DNA of 64,000 nucleotides from Squalus acanthias (lineage: Eukaryota): assembly GCA_030390025.1 (NCBI GenBank), contig CM059432.1:137394001-137458000 (forward strand), read 5' to 3'. The notes under the pieces are model-generated. The model saw nothing but the letters and a program-made list of their open reading frames with translations, had not been told where the DNA came from and did not search any database. Below are positions 13,603 through 26,631 of this stretch, in pieces. The first letter of the stretch is position 1. The number at the start of each line of letters is the position of its first letter. The translations under genes were made by a program, and so were the position numbers.

Positions 13603-16090
13603 GTGAAAAAGCAGATTGTTCAGTCCAAAATTGGGTGGTTGACGAGCTTGCTGTAGAATTTATTTTGTGTTAGTAACTTAATAAGAAACTATCGTCATTT
13701 TGTTCATGCCACAGAGGGATTTATTTTGATGGATAGGTTACTTTTGGCATTTCAGTTATCTGAATAACTCTCCTTGTTTAGAGGGAACTTCAGAACAAAC
13801 GAATGACACAACATTAATGCTGCATTTAATATTTAAACAGATCATAATAACAACTCACATTTATATAGAGCCTTCAACACAGCCAAATGTCCCAAGGCAC
13901 TTCACAGAGACAAGAACAGAATCTGAACAGTGGCCGCGAGTGCTACCAACTGAGCCACGGCTGACAGCAGTCAGAGAAGATTTAGTGGAGATGACCAAGG
14001 GTGAGGTTGAAGCAGTAGGTTTTGATGGGGTGTTTTGAGGGTGGTGGACAGCTAGAGCCAAGTGTCATCAGCACAAATGGAGAAGTTGATTCCATGCCTC
14101 AAAATCTAGGCTGACACTCCAGTACTGAGGGAGTGCTGCACTGTCAGAGGTGCCATCTTTCAGATGAGAAGTAGAACTGAGGCCCTTCTGCTCTCTCAGG
14201 TGGATGTAAAAGTCTCCATGGCACTATTTCGAAGAAAAGCAGGGGCCTTCTCCCCGGTGTCCCTGGCCAATATTTATCCCTCGGCCCACATCACTAAAAA
14301 ACAGATTATCTGGTCATTATCACATTGCTGTTTGTGGGAGCTTGCTGTGCGCAAATTGGCTGCCATGTTTCCTACATTATAACAGTGACTACACTTCAAA
14401 AGTACTTCATTGGCTGTGAAGCACTTGGGACGTCATGAGGTCGTGAAAGGCGCTAAACAAATGCAAGTCTTTCTTTCGTTCAGTGATTCATCGAGTGAAG
14501 ACCCCTCCTCTAGCCTACCCTGTAAAGTACACGTCGTGCCAGTCTTTCAGATGCTGTTTGCTATGGTCAGATCGCGTGGAGCTGCATCTTCGAGAAGGCT
14601 GCCCTCCACTTCCTCAACTGCTCCCGTGGCCTTTACATTCTCTGCGCCTGAAGTGAAAGAGAGGGACATGGGTTAGCTTTTAGTGTGACGGGAGAGCAGA
14701 GGGAGATCAATGGCTGCAGCACGTGTAGAGTGAGATAGAAGTGGGAAGGGAAAGATAAGGTAAGGTGTGAAGAAACCCCGCAGAACGTCTCCTCCAGCAG
14801 GGCCAGTCACCATGGGGGTGACTTGCGCCCCCCACCCCCGCTCACCATGTTCAGCACCTACTCCTCCAATTGGCGGCAGGATGTGTAAATGGCCTCGCCC
14901 TCCTCCAGTTGCTGCCTGCCCTCTCGCGTTGTATACCATCTTCTCCTGCAAGAAAGATTGGCAAGTGTGTTAGTGGTAGCCTTGTGAGCTGTTTTGTAAA
15001 TGTGTCTGTCAGGGTCGAATCGTGCAGATGTTATGTACAAGATGCTAGGTGTGGGGAAGTAAGGGTTTCCAATAGTGCTGAGAGTAGGTAATGCATGAAT
15101 AGGAGCTGTAGGAGATGGAGTGAAGCATGGTGCAGCGATGGTAGGACAGTGAAGGGAAGCGGGAGTCGGGAGGGTTGTGGGTAGTGGGGCTACAGGTGGT
15201 GCAGCTGTGAGCAGAGAGTAACTAAGCCAAGAATGAAACCTTGACAACTTTGCTGAGGTCATTAAACGTCTTTCGATATTACAGCCAGTTTATGGAAGCT
15301 AATCTTTGGAATTGACCTCCTGAGCCTCTTCTTCCTAATGTCGACATATATGTTACCTGGAGGGCTTCCTGCCCCTCCCAGGGGGAACAGGGTCTCTTGA
15401 TCCCTCTGATGACCTCCTAGACAAGGGCCTCTGTGGATGAATCTGGCACGTGCCCCACCCCCGCATGCCCATTCATGGGCGCGATCCAATTTCTAGGCCT
15501 AAAAGTGTCCGGACAGACCAGTGACAAAGCAGATTGTTCAGTCCATAACTGGGTGGTTGACGAGCTTGCTTTAGAATTTATTTTATGTTAGTAACTTAAT
15601 AAGAAACTCTCGTCATTTTGTTCATGCCACAGAGGGATTTATTTTGATGGATAGGTTACTTTTGGCATTTCAGTTATCTGAATAATTCTCCTTGTTTAGA
15701 GGGAACTTCAGAACAAATGAATGACACAACATTAATGCTGCATTTAATATTTAAACAGATCATAATAACAACTCACATTTATATAGAGCCTTCAACACAG
15801 CCAAATGTCCCAAGGCACTTCACAGAGACAAGAACAGAATCTGAACAGTGGCCGCGAGTGCTACCAACTGAGCCACGGCTGACAGCAGTCAGAGAAGATT
15901 TAGTGGAGATGACCAAGGGTGAGGTTGAAGCAGTAGGCTTTGATGGGGTGTTTTGAGGGTGGTGGACAGCTAGAGCCAAGTGTCATCAGCACAAATGAAG
16001 AAGTTGATACCATGCCTCAGGATCTAGGCTGACACTCCAGTACTGAGGGAGTGCTGCACTGTCAGAGGTGCCATCTTTCGGATGAGAAGT
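13603..16090 (+). repeat. Direct segmental duplication: 13603-14172 and 15521-16090 (offset 1918)
   Basis: ~570 bp with about 14 differences by eye; includes non-TE sequence; the ORF track shows identical peptides at 13861-14061 and 15779-15979. Confidence 0.92.
14480..15499 (-). mobile_element. Harbinger remnant with degenerate Myb/SANT-like ORF2
   Basis: Terminus ...GCGCGATCCAATTTCTAGGCC at 15499. The minus strand at ~15240-15290 reads WL*YRKTFNDLSKVVK|gt, resembling the WxQCRKKFNDL motif of Harbinger Myb/SANT proteins. Left boundary approximate. Confidence 0.6.
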
Positions 16091-17015
16091 TAAACCAAGG
16101 CCCCATTTGCCCTCTCAGGTGGATGTAAAAGAACCCTCGGCACTATTTTGAAGAAGACCAAGGGATGTTTAGTTTTGGGAATGGAACACTTTCAATTTTA
16201 GGCACCTATTTTCAATATCAAGCTATCACCCTAGGTCAGATATAGCACAGCTAGCTGCACATTAACTCCTCCCTCTCCTCTACCCCAACAGTGTGTCTCA
16301 GTTCCAGCCCCAAAGTCTAATGATTTCCTCGACTGTACCAGTATGGCATTTTTTTCCCATTTCTTACACCAACCATCCAGTTTGTGTCAGTTCTGTGCTG
16401 TAAGCTTACACCCACTAGTAAGTGATTGAGACCCACCCAAATTCATTTCACATACGAGAACAGATAGAGAGGACTTTCATTCCATTAGTCTGGCCTGGAT
16501 TTGAGCCCCGGTACCAGAAATGAAATGCTAGTATCTAACCTACTGTGCCATCTAGTTCTTCAGTGATGGCAATTTGAAGGGCAGGGGAATTGTTCCCTTT
16601 TGCAGAAAGAACAATTTCAGTTCGGCAATCTTAACTCAATTCTATTTATCAAGGCAAGTTCTGTTTTGACCTATTCCCATGTTGTAATGTCTATGTAATT
16701 CTATGCAGGATTTTTATCTTAACAGATTTCCTGTGGCTTTTATAGTTAGAATGAAAACTAGCTTGTAGCATATTTTCATCCTCTTGACCTGGTTAGGTCA
16801 TTTATGAATAGATTTATGCTTAATGGTTCCAGTGCTGTGGATTCAGTTCCATCTATATTACACGGTGGATTCCACAACTGTTGGGAAAATGAGAAAACAG
16901 CAACAGCTTACATTTACATACGCACCTTTAATGTAGTAAAACGTCCCAAGGCATTTCACAGGAGTGTTATCAAACCAATTTTGACACCGAGTCACATAAA
17001 GAGATATTACGACAG

Positions 17016-19235
17016 GTGACCAAAAACAGTGATCACAGTATCATAAGATTTAGACTAGCTATGAAAAAGGACAGGGAGCAATCTAGAGTAAAAATACTTA
17101 ATTGGAGGAAGGCCAATTTCAGTGGGTTGAGAATGGATCTGGCCTGGGTAAATTGGAATCAAAGATTGGCAGGCAAAACTGTAATCGAACAATGGGCTGC
17201 CTTTAAAGAGGAGATGGTTCGGGTACAGCTGAGGGGGAAAGGTAGGGCAACCAAAGCCAGAGCTCCCTGGATGACAAAAGAGATAGAGAGTAAGATGAAG
17301 CAGATGTCAGGTTGAGAATACAAGTGAGAACCAGGCTGAATATAGAAAGTTCAGAGGGGAAGTGAAAAAGGAAATAAGAGAGGCAAAGAGAGAGTATGAG
17401 AATAGATTGGCAGCTAATATAAAAGGGAATCCAAAAGTCTTCCATAGGCATATAAATAGTAAACGGGTAGTAAGAGGAGGCGTGGGGCCTATTAGGAACC
17501 AAAATGGAGACCTACAGATGGAGGCAGAGGGCATGTCTGAGGCACTAAATGAGTACTTTTCATCTGTCTTTACCAAGGAAGATGCTGCCAAAGTCATAGT
17601 GAAAGAGGAGGCAGTTGAGATACTGGATGGGATAAAAATTGATAAGGAGGAGGTACTAGAAAGACTGGCTGTACTTAAAGTAGATAAGTCACCAGGACCG
17701 GATGGGGTGCATCTTAGGATGCTGAGGGAAGTAAATGTGGAAATTGTGGAGGTACTGGCCATAATCTTCCAATCCTCCTTGGATATGGGGCTGGTGCCAG
17801 AGGACTGGAGAATTGCAAATGTTACACCCTTGTTCAAAAAAGGGTGTAAGGATAAACCCAGCAACTACAGGCCAGTCAGTTTAACCTCGGTAGTGGGGAA
17901 TCTTTTAGAAACGATAATCCAGGACAAAATTAACAGTCACTTGGACAAGTATGGATTAATTAAGAAAAGCCAGCATGGATTTGTTAAAGGCAAATTGTGT
18001 TTAACTAACTTGATTGAGTTTTTTGATGAGGTAACAGAGAGGGTTGATGAGGGCAATGCGGTTGACGTGGTGTACATGGACTTCCAAAAGGCGTTTGATA
18101 AAGTGCCACATAATAGACTTGCCAGCAAAGTTGAAGTCCATGGAATAAAAGGGACAGTGGTAGCATGGATACAAAATTTCCTAAGTGGCAGGAAACAGAG
18201 AGTAGTGGTGAATGGTTGTTTTTCGGACTGGAGGAAGGTATACAGTGGTGTTCCCAGGGGCCGGTATTAGGACCACTGCTTTTCTTGATTTCTATTAATG
18301 ACTTAGACTTGGGTATACAGGGCACAATTTCAAAATTTGCAGATGACACAAAACTTGGAAGTATAGTGAACAGTGAGGAGGATAGTGATAAACTTCAAGA
18401 AGACATAGACAGGCTGGTAGAATGGGCGGACACGTGGCCGATGAAATTTATCACAGAAAAGTGCGAAGTGATACATTTTGGTAGGAAGAACGAGGAGAGG
18501 CAATATAAACGAAAGGGTACAATTCTAAAGGGGGTGCATGAACAGAGAGACCTGGGGGTATATGCGCACAAATCATCGAAGGTGGCAGGGCACGTTGAGA
18601 AAGCAGTTAAAAAAGCATACAGGATCCTGGGCTTCATAAATAGAGGCATAATAGAGTACAAAAGCAAGGAAGTTATGATGAACCTTTATAAAACACTGGT
18701 TCAGCCTCAACTGGAGTATTGTGTCCAATTCTGGGCACCGCACTTTAAGAAGAATGAGAGAGGGTGCAGAAAAGATTTACAAGAATGGTTCCAGGGATGA
18801 GGGACTTCAGTTTTGTGGAGAAGCTGGGGTTGTTCTCCTTAGAGCAGAGAAGTTTGAGAGGAGATTTGATAGAGGTGTTCAAAATCATGAGGGGTTTAGA
18901 CAGTGTAGATAGAGAGAAACTGTTCCCATTGGCGGAAGGGTCGAGAACCAGAGAACACAGACTTAAGGTGATTGGCAGAAGAACCAAACGCGACATGAGG
19001 AAAATCTTTTTTACGCAGCGAGTGGTTAGGATCTGGAATTCACTGCCTGAAAGAGTGGTGGAGGCAGATTCAATTGTGGCTTTCAAAAGGGAATTGGATA
19101 AGTACCTGAATGAAAAAAAAATTCAGGGCTACGGGGAAAGGTGGGACTCGCTGAAGTGCTCTTGCAGAGAGCCGGCACGGGCTCGACGGACCGAATGGCC
19201 TCCTTCTGTGCTGTAACCATTCCATGATTCTATGA
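17016..19235 (+). mobile_element. CR1 LINE, 5'-truncated ORF2 (RT) with frameshifts plus 3' UTR
   Basis: KSPGPDG, PEDWRIANVTPLFKKG, NYRPVSLTS, YMDFQKAFDKVPH, QGPVLGP, KFADDTK and RIWNSLPERVVEA across ORFs 17362, 18165 and 18764; CR1 tail GAATGGCCTCCTTCTGTGCTGTAA. Confidence 0.93.
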
Positions 19236-20734
19236 GTCTATGACTATGCCTTCTGCATCAATGCTTATATTGCTGCCAGTGTGCCAATACCTCTGGAGGC
19301 ATTAGCATAAAAAAACTTTGTGGGTGGGTCTCAGAACCTCCAATGCTGTTTTACCTTCCAGTACTGGAGGCAAAGCTGTAGCTCATATCACCAGAAGTGG
19401 TGCGAGGTACATACAACATTAATATTCTGTAGAGTCAGTAGATGCAACATTATTATGCCATAGAGTCATTTCGAAGCACATAGTGCTAGCTAACCGTTAC
19501 TGAACAAACTCTGCTATCAAATCACTCTGCAAAAAAGCTACCCACGGTCTTTAACCTCCTTCTTGTCATAACATTAAAAAGTAATAGAATAAGCCATCAG
19601 GCATTTTCTTTTGGCAAATGTAGAAATTAATTTATAATGAAGATCATATTTATGTAAAAAATTGACAATTTATTAACACACAGAAGAGTAACAAATTTAA
19701 CTGAGTTTTAAATGACCATGGATTAAAATTTAATGAAAAATATTAATCTTGAAGGATGTTTTGACATAAAAAGTTGTTTTTGTGCTAAGGATCATGGTGG
19801 ATTTTAGTGCTGAACCAGTCCTTCATTGTTCCCTAATCATGAGTAGAAACCATTCTCAGGGCAGCCTGAGAGATGGAAACGTAAAGGTTTTTTAAATATA
19901 TTAAAGAATGTTTTGTTTTGTAATGCGCGGTAGCAGAGAGACAAAGTAAATGGAATCTGTAGCAATAAGTCTCACTAGGGACTGGTGCTAGCCCAGTTTG
20001 CTTTCCCTTTTAAGGCTACAGTTTAAATGTTATTCAAACCATTTTCAGTTATGTTAAGATCCCCCTATCAGACTCCAACCACAATTATACTAAGAATCGT
20101 TCAGCTGTACCTCAATGCTACTTTTTGGTTGTTGTTCATTAGCAACTACTGTTGCACAATTGGTACAGTTTTGCAATCTTTCAGTTCATTTCTTGAAAGG
20201 TATGAAGACCTGTATTTCCATGTTATTTTGTTTCCCCATCTCTTGTCCTTGGGTCATGCACCTTTACCAGTCTCGAAGGTCAATGAACAATCTGATTTTA
20301 TTGATGCACATCCATTAGGCGCACGACCTATAGTACTATCCTCCTGGGGGATGGGGGAAATAAACAGGGTCGCAGGGGTCAAGTATGCATGCCTGGCAAT
20401 GGAAGTCTAGAATACACCATCAAATCTGATACTTGCGTCAGCTAGGTCCACAGTCAATATTCCAAGGTAGTGTTAATAATTGACCAGCCAACATGTCTCA
20501 TTGACAGGAACTAGAGAAGTAGACCGCCGATTGGGGGCTAGAATTCTTCCCACTGGATCCAGGTTGCTCTGCGAGCTAATGCTGTAATGGGTAGGATAGT
20601 TCGAACTAAATAGGGCTGTGGGAAGTTGACCTGTGCTCTGTTTCAGCCAGTTAAACTAAAGGTATTGCACATACACGTTGGGAGTTTACAAGCCTTGGCC
20701 GAAATTCTCTGACAGCTCTACAGGGAGAGTGTGT

Positions 20735-21390
20735 GCCCTCCGCGACATCGGCCGTCTCCGCCCTTGCCTCAGCTCATCCGCTGCTGAAACCCTCATCCAT
20801 GCCTTTGTTACCTCTAGACTTGACTATTCCAACGCACTCCTGGCTTGTCTCCCACATTCTACCCTATATAAACTTGAGCTGATCCATAACTCGGCTGCCC
20901 GTGTCCTAACTCGCACCAAGTCCTGTTCATCCATCGCCTCTGTGCTCGCTGGCCTACATTGGCTCCCGGTTAAGCAACGCCTCGATTTCAAAATTCTCAT
21001 CCTTGTTTTCAAATCCCTCCATGGCCTCGCCCCTCCCTATCTCTGTAATCTCCTTCAGCCCCACAGCCCCCTGAGATATCTGCGCTCCTCTAATGCTGCC
21101 CTCTTGAGCATCCCTGATTATAATCGCTCAACCACTGGTGGCCATGCCTTCTGTTGCCTAGGCCCGAAGCTCTGGAATTCCCTGCCTAAACCTCTCCGTC
21201 TCGCTACCTCTCTTTCCTCCTTTAAGCCGCTCCTTAAAACCTACCTCTTTGACCAAGCTTTTGGTCACCTGCCCTAATTTCTCCTTATGTGGCTCGGTGT
21301 CAAATTTTTCTGTCTTATAATACTCCTGTGAAGCACCTTGGGACGTTTTACTACGTTAAAGGCGCTATACAAATACAAGTTGTTGTTGTT
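20735..21390 (+). mobile_element. L2-clade LINE 3' fragment; further pieces at ~1863-2445, 8250-8490, 27187-27519, 43032-43325(-), 45265-45605(-), 48193-48540, 55810-56187, 59700-60055
   Basis: IHAFVTSRLDYSNALL...LHWLPVKQRLDFKIL...PKLWNSLP...FKPLLKTYLF; (GTT)n tail. Confidence 0.88.
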
Positions 21391-22539
21391 ATATCAGGCA
21401 AACAGAAACTCTACTCGTGGATTCTGCAGTTATTTGAGACTTTTAAGCATTTGTGATGTGTCAAACATCAGGCTGACCAAAAACAAAGAAAAGTGCACAA
21501 AGCAACTCGTCAATAACTTTCCTGATACTTTGTTTTTGCACAGGAAGAGACCAGGGGCTTGGGGTGGGGAGGGGTAGGGGGAGGGGGAGGGGCAGCTATA
21601 GTATGAATCACAGGTGAAGTTCCGTTAGTTACTTCAACTCAATCCCAGAAGAGCATTCTCTGGTCCATCAATGTAAATTTTTCTCCTTCCCATGCAGTTT
21701 ATATCATTTAGTTGTGCGTTTTCTTACAATAGAAAAAGTTTACCCATAACCTTTTCTCATGAAAGACGTGCTTCATGGAACTTAGAGGTCTTTTCACTCC
21801 TGAAATAAGGTGTCAGCTGTGGCTCAGTGGGTAGCACTCTCGCCTCGTTGTGGGTTCGATAAAACCCACCCCAGAGACTTGAGCACATAATCTAAGCTGC
21901 CACTCCTAGTGCATTACTGAAGGAGTGCGGCACTGTTGGAGGTGCTGGCTTTTTTGGATGAGACGTTAAACCGAGGACCCATCTGCCCTCTCAGGTGGAT
22001 GTAAAAGATCCCACGGCCACTATTTCGGAGAAGAGCAGGGGAGTTCTCCCCGGTGTCCTGGCCAATATTTATCACTCAACCAACCTCACCAAAACAGATT
22101 ATCTGGTCAGTTGGCTGTTGTGATTCCAAACTTTGTTTCAGTGACTACACTTCAAAAGTGGCTGCAAAACCTTTGGGATGTCCCGAGGTCATAAAAAGCG
22201 CTGAATAAATGCAAGTTCTTTCTTTGAAAATACCTGGATATGACATTTCCCCCTCACAGTGCATTCCATTTCTCACACAGAACTCCTCATTAGCTATGGT
22301 GTAAACATCTTTGTCAGTTCCCTAAATAATATTCACAATGGAACCGTACTAATAAAATTTACCTCGTGATGAATTCGATTTGAAAAATGTCAGAAAAATT
22401 CTATTGGACCCCCCGGATTCACTTAGGAACAGCTCAGTACCTGTCAAACTTTAAACGATGATCCAAATAAGGAATTAATCCCCTCCCTATTATAACTTTA
22501 GAGCGTTCAATTATCTTTCACCACAAGGACAGACTTGAC

Positions 22540-22810
22540 TCCCAATTGGCCGCTGCTGGTAGGAGCGGTTTTTGACTGGCGCGGAGGCTGCGAGCCGGAG
22601 AGAGATGCTGGTGAGCAATGAGGAGGAACTGAGGGGAGGAGGTGATAAGCGCTCAGTGACGGACCAGCGGTTGCTTTGCCGCACGGACACCGCGTTCAGA
22701 GGGAAAGTGCAAAGCAAAACCACCTGGCTCTGCGGCTACCAAACACAAAGCCAAGACAGGAACCGTGCAAGACTGGAGAGAGGGAAAACATCAGAGTGAT
22801 ATATAAAAAT
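22540..22810 (+). promoter_or_regulatory. Putative GALR1 promoter / 5' region
   Basis: Non-repetitive CpG-enriched stretch 350-600 bp upstream of the ATG, with CCAATTGG at ~22542 and a TATA-like TATATAAAAA at ~22800. The TSS cannot be determined from sequence alone. Confidence 0.5.
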
Positions 22811-23156
22811 CATTGGATCTAAAGAAGGGACAGGAACGAATCACAACAGAGTCCATGCAAATATACATACAAGGCATTGAATATCATTCCGCAGTTAGCG
22901 AGTGAGTTTGATGTGAAGAGGCAAAAGCAGCAAGTCAAGAGACGGGGGAAAACTAAGTTTGCTTGGAAATGGGATGGGATGCACAGTTAAAGGGGTTAGA
23001 GAACAGGATTTGAAGAGAAGTTCACTTACCAACTAAGCCATTAAATTGCAGTGACTTAGAGCAGCCTTAAGCGAGAAAACAACTTTGCAAATCCTTAATT
23101 TTCATGCAATAATAATAATGTGTTTACTTGTTGCAGTTTAATCACAATTGATCAGT

Positions 23157-23810
23157 ATGGACCAGAACCAAAGTGGTATGGAGACCAATGATACCGCTGG
23201 AGGAACCATGGCAGCAGAGGACCGGCATCAGATCAGCACGGAGAGTGTCATCATCCTCTTCATCTTCAGCCTGATCTTCTGCCTCGGGGTCTTGGGCAAC
23301 TCCCTTGTCATCACGGTGCTGGCCCGAAGCAAGCCAGGCAAGCCCCGCAGCACCACCAACATCTTCATCCTCAACCTGAGCATCGCCGATCTCTCCTACC
23401 TGCTCTTCTGCATCCCCTTCCAGGCCACCTACTACGTCCTGCCCAGGTGGATCTTCGGCGGCTTCATCTGCAAGTTCGTGCACTACTTCTTCACCGTGTC
23501 GGTGCTGGTCAGCATCTTCACCCTCTCGGCTATGGCCGTGGACCGTTACATCGCCATCGTCCACTCCAGGAGGTCCTCGTGCATTCGCGTCTCCAAGAAC
23601 GCGGTGATCGGCGTGATCTTCATCTGGCTCCTCTCCTTGGCCGTGGCGTCGCCGGTGGCTTACTACCACATGCTGGTCCACAAGAAGAACCACGGTCCCT
23701 TCTGCTGGGAGAACTGGAGTGTCCTGAGTCACAGGCAAATCTACAAAGTGGCCACTTTTGTGGTTGGGTATCTGCTGCCTTTGCTTCTGATCTGCTACTG
23801 TTACGCTAAG
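23157..23810 (+). CDS. GALR1: Galanin receptor type 1, coding exon 1 (N-terminus to end of TM5, 218 codons)
   Basis: ATG at 23157. Translation has GNSLVITVLARSKPGKPRSTTN, LSIADL, FCIPFQAT, CKFVHYFFTVS, AVDRY and YLLPLLLICYCYAK, closely matching vertebrate GALR1. N-glycosylation sequons NQS and NDT. Donor AAG|GTAAGG at 23810/23811, phase 0. Downstream in-frame ATGs are alternative starts. Confidence 0.95.
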
Positions 23811-25256
23811 GTAAGGCATGTGGTTTGTGTTTGGTGCTGGTTTGTTAACACAAAAAAGTATTTATCTCCTTCCCAATCTGCAAGACCCCGTCGCACTAAT
23901 TTAGGACTTAAAGGGGTAGCGATACTGTTGGAGATACCATGATAATTATCTTGGTTTCTTTTCCTGCTAAAACTGTATCATTAAACTGATTTGATCCCAC
24001 TGGAGACATATTCGTAATTCAAGGAACACTGCATCCTTCCACTTTGTCCCCATTCTCAGTTCCCGCGGCAAAATAGTACAGAAGTCCGACTTATCCCAGT
24101 GATATTATTTAACGGATAACAGATAACCTTACAGTACTCCACCCAGTCTTTCCACCGAGTGAAGGGCACGAAAAGATTGCTGCTGGTCTCGAAAGATGTG
24201 TCGCGCGTTGAAGGCACCTTCCACTCCTGGACCGTGTTCAGCCAGACGCTGGTGTATGATCGTGACTGATGGACAATCCATCTTCGGATCACTGCCTCGA
24301 CAATCTTTGTGTTTTCATTTTGTCAATTAAAAAAACCCACACATGGCGTCAATTACAATGTGGAGGGGGAACTGAAAGAGTAAGTGAAAAATCAATTTGT
24401 TAGGTTCAACAACAGTTTAAGGGGTGTTCCCGTTGCACTTACTTTTTTAACCCCAGCTCGGTCCTGCATTTGAGGAGATGTTAAGATCGGGTTTCCCTTA
24501 GAAAAGGAAAATGAGAATTCGCGTCCACATATTTACCAAGTTGTTTCCTGCCTCTTTTCCTCCCAACACCCCCCGGGTATGACTTGTGTCGAGATCCCTT
24601 ATGATTACCATTCACTGAACGCATTAGTTCCGTTCTATTTAAACAGGCACAAGCAAGTTTTTGCGGTTAGGTGTGTGTGCTCGAGCATGAAGGAGGTGAT
24701 GGCTGGTCATAGAAACATAGCAGTTAGAGCCAATGGCAGCACACCATCTTCCATTCATAAGTCTCACAGCATGGCTGTGAAATCTATGAATCTTACACCC
24801 CCCCAAAATAACAGCTAAACCTCAATTAAATTTAAAAAAAACCCATCACATTAATAAAATAAGTATAGTTAATTAAATTAACCATTTTAAATAAAAAATT
24901 AAATTTTTGAAAAAATTTAAAATCTTTTAAAAAGTTATAAAAATAAACTTACCTGTCTTTAAAGTCTATAAAAAAGATATACCTGTAAAAAGAAATTCAA
25001 AAAAATACTTAATTCACTACTTACCTTCTTAAAAGCGGGTTTTACTCCTCCTTTTTACATTTCCAAAATCTTCCCTACTTACCTGCGCGTCCAAAGCATG
25101 AAGTGCACAGCGTGCGCGCAGCCTGTAGCGCGCACGCGATGCACCCAGGCCCCGCCCCCTTTTCAGAAGAGCAATTGCCGGTTTTCAGTGCATGCGCAGG
25201 GCATGCAGAAAACCGGCAATTGGAGTGGGAATACGCGAGAGTACGCAGTGCGTAAA

Positions 25257-25657
25257 GAATCTAGGAGCAGGAGTAGGCCATTCGGCCCGTCGAGCCTGCT
25301 CCACCATTCAATACGATCATGGCTGATCATCCAAATCCAGTACCCTGTCCCTGCTTTAATCCCCACAGTACACATATCCCACCCTACCCCCTATTTAATT
25401 CCCACTAACATATCCCATCCTATCCCCATAACCCCACATATTTAATACCCCCCTAACACTAAGGGTCAATTTATCATAGCCAAATCAACCTAACCCGCAC
25501 ATTTTTGGACTGTGGGAGGAAACCGGAGCACCCCGGAGGAAACCCACACAGACACAGGGAGAATGTGCAAACTCCACACAGACAGTCACCCGAGGTCAGA
25601 TTCGAACCCGGGACCCTGGCGCTGTGAGGCACCAGTGCTAACCACTATGCCACCATG
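25257..25657 (-). mobile_element. HE1-like V-SINE (tRNA head, V domain, CR1-derived tail)
   Basis: Minus strand reads GTGGCATAGTGGTTAGCACTG...CCCGGGTTCGAATC...TGTGGAGTTTGCACATTCTCCC...TCCGGTTTCCTCCCACAGTCC, with tail GAATGGCCTACTCCTGCTCCTA. Confidence 0.8.
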
Positions 25658-26428
25658 TTGGTCAGTGTTTAAGAAAATAACGTTTTAACTGGTGTGATAC
25701 CAGTGAACAACACACAGGATTAATTGGGTAATTTGCCTGGTTCGGCACTGTGAGAAGGCTTTATTACGGCAATCACTTCTGCTTTACCTTACACTGGCGT
25801 GTGGATCAGTCAGATCTTAAGCTCACACCCCTTCAATCAAGAGCAGGACTAATTAGATGTTATGTAAAAGGTAGTTTCATTGAAAAAAAAGTTCATGGCT
25901 TGACAGTTCCTGGGAAAAAAAATCAGAAATTAAATTATCGTTTTGAAAATTGTAACGAATTGAAGAGAATGCCTTGGGACAATGAATTGGCACACTGATT
26001 CCAGTCTACAAAGATGAAAGAATGCGTTGTCTTCCTTTCTGTCTCTCTCTTCCCCTCGCTCTCTCTCTGTGCAAAGGGTCCTAACTGAAATGATTTCATG
26101 AATCTGATCAATCTCAATCCAGGTCCAGAGAACAACTGCCCATATTGGCACTTCATTCACAGACTGCAGCAAGAATGCTTGGTGTGGGAAATGGAAAAAG
26201 TTCAAACTGGTGTAGTGGGAATCCTCTTCTGATTTTGAAGATAAGGCACATACATGGTTGAGGAACTGCCGAGAGAGCTTTACCTGGTCAGGCTATAACT
26301 TATCCAGGAGTACTTGATGTTGACCCTGGGTACTAGAAGTTTCCCAACATCGACTTTCAATCACCTTCGCCAGCAGAAAAAAAAATCAAAATATTAAATT
26401 TGAATGTTTTAAAGATAAATTGCTCACC

Positions 26429-26631
26429 GAGGGTGTAAATTCCTCTGGTCACTGTGCAGGAACGCTATAAATTTGTTCATGAAAATTTCCTGTGCTCATT
26501 ATTTCTAGTGAAATCATAAAAAGTGCTTTTAGAATGCGCTTATGATTTCACTAGAACTACTGAAGAGAGGAGATCTTCATGAGCACATGATAATATTGCG
26601 ATAGAGAGCTACCAGAGGAACTCTTACCCTC
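26429..26631. mobile_element. ~200-bp palindromic MITE in GALR1 intron 1
   Basis: Ends GAGGGTGTAAATTCCTCTGGT / ACCAGAGGAACTCTTACCCTC; central arms CTAGTGAAATCATAA / TTATGATTTCACTAG. Confidence 0.65.

Noticed and set aside
17362..18800. 302-aa and 211-aa RT ORFs as a possible domesticated or active gene
   Set aside because: Frameshifted, 5'-truncated pieces of an ordinary CR1 copy with no endonuclease domain or ORF1.
21810..21880. tRNA-like A/B-box sequences here and at other SINE heads
   Set aside because: They continue directly into SINE bodies and do not form complete tRNA cloverleafs.
22650..22695. REST/NRSE-like half site CACGGACACCGC upstream of GALR1
   Set aside because: Only the right half resembles the consensus; the TTCAGCAC left half is missing at canonical spacing.
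23142..23819. 225-aa antisense ORF (and the 23447-23809 alternative-frame ORF) over GALR1 exon 1
   Set aside because: Shadow ORFs expected from the high GC3 codon usage of the exon; no recognisable domain.
23811..23942. ORF-track extension of exon 1 (VRHVVCVWCW...)
   Set aside because: Lies past a canonical GTAAGG donor at the conserved GALR1 intron position; intronic.
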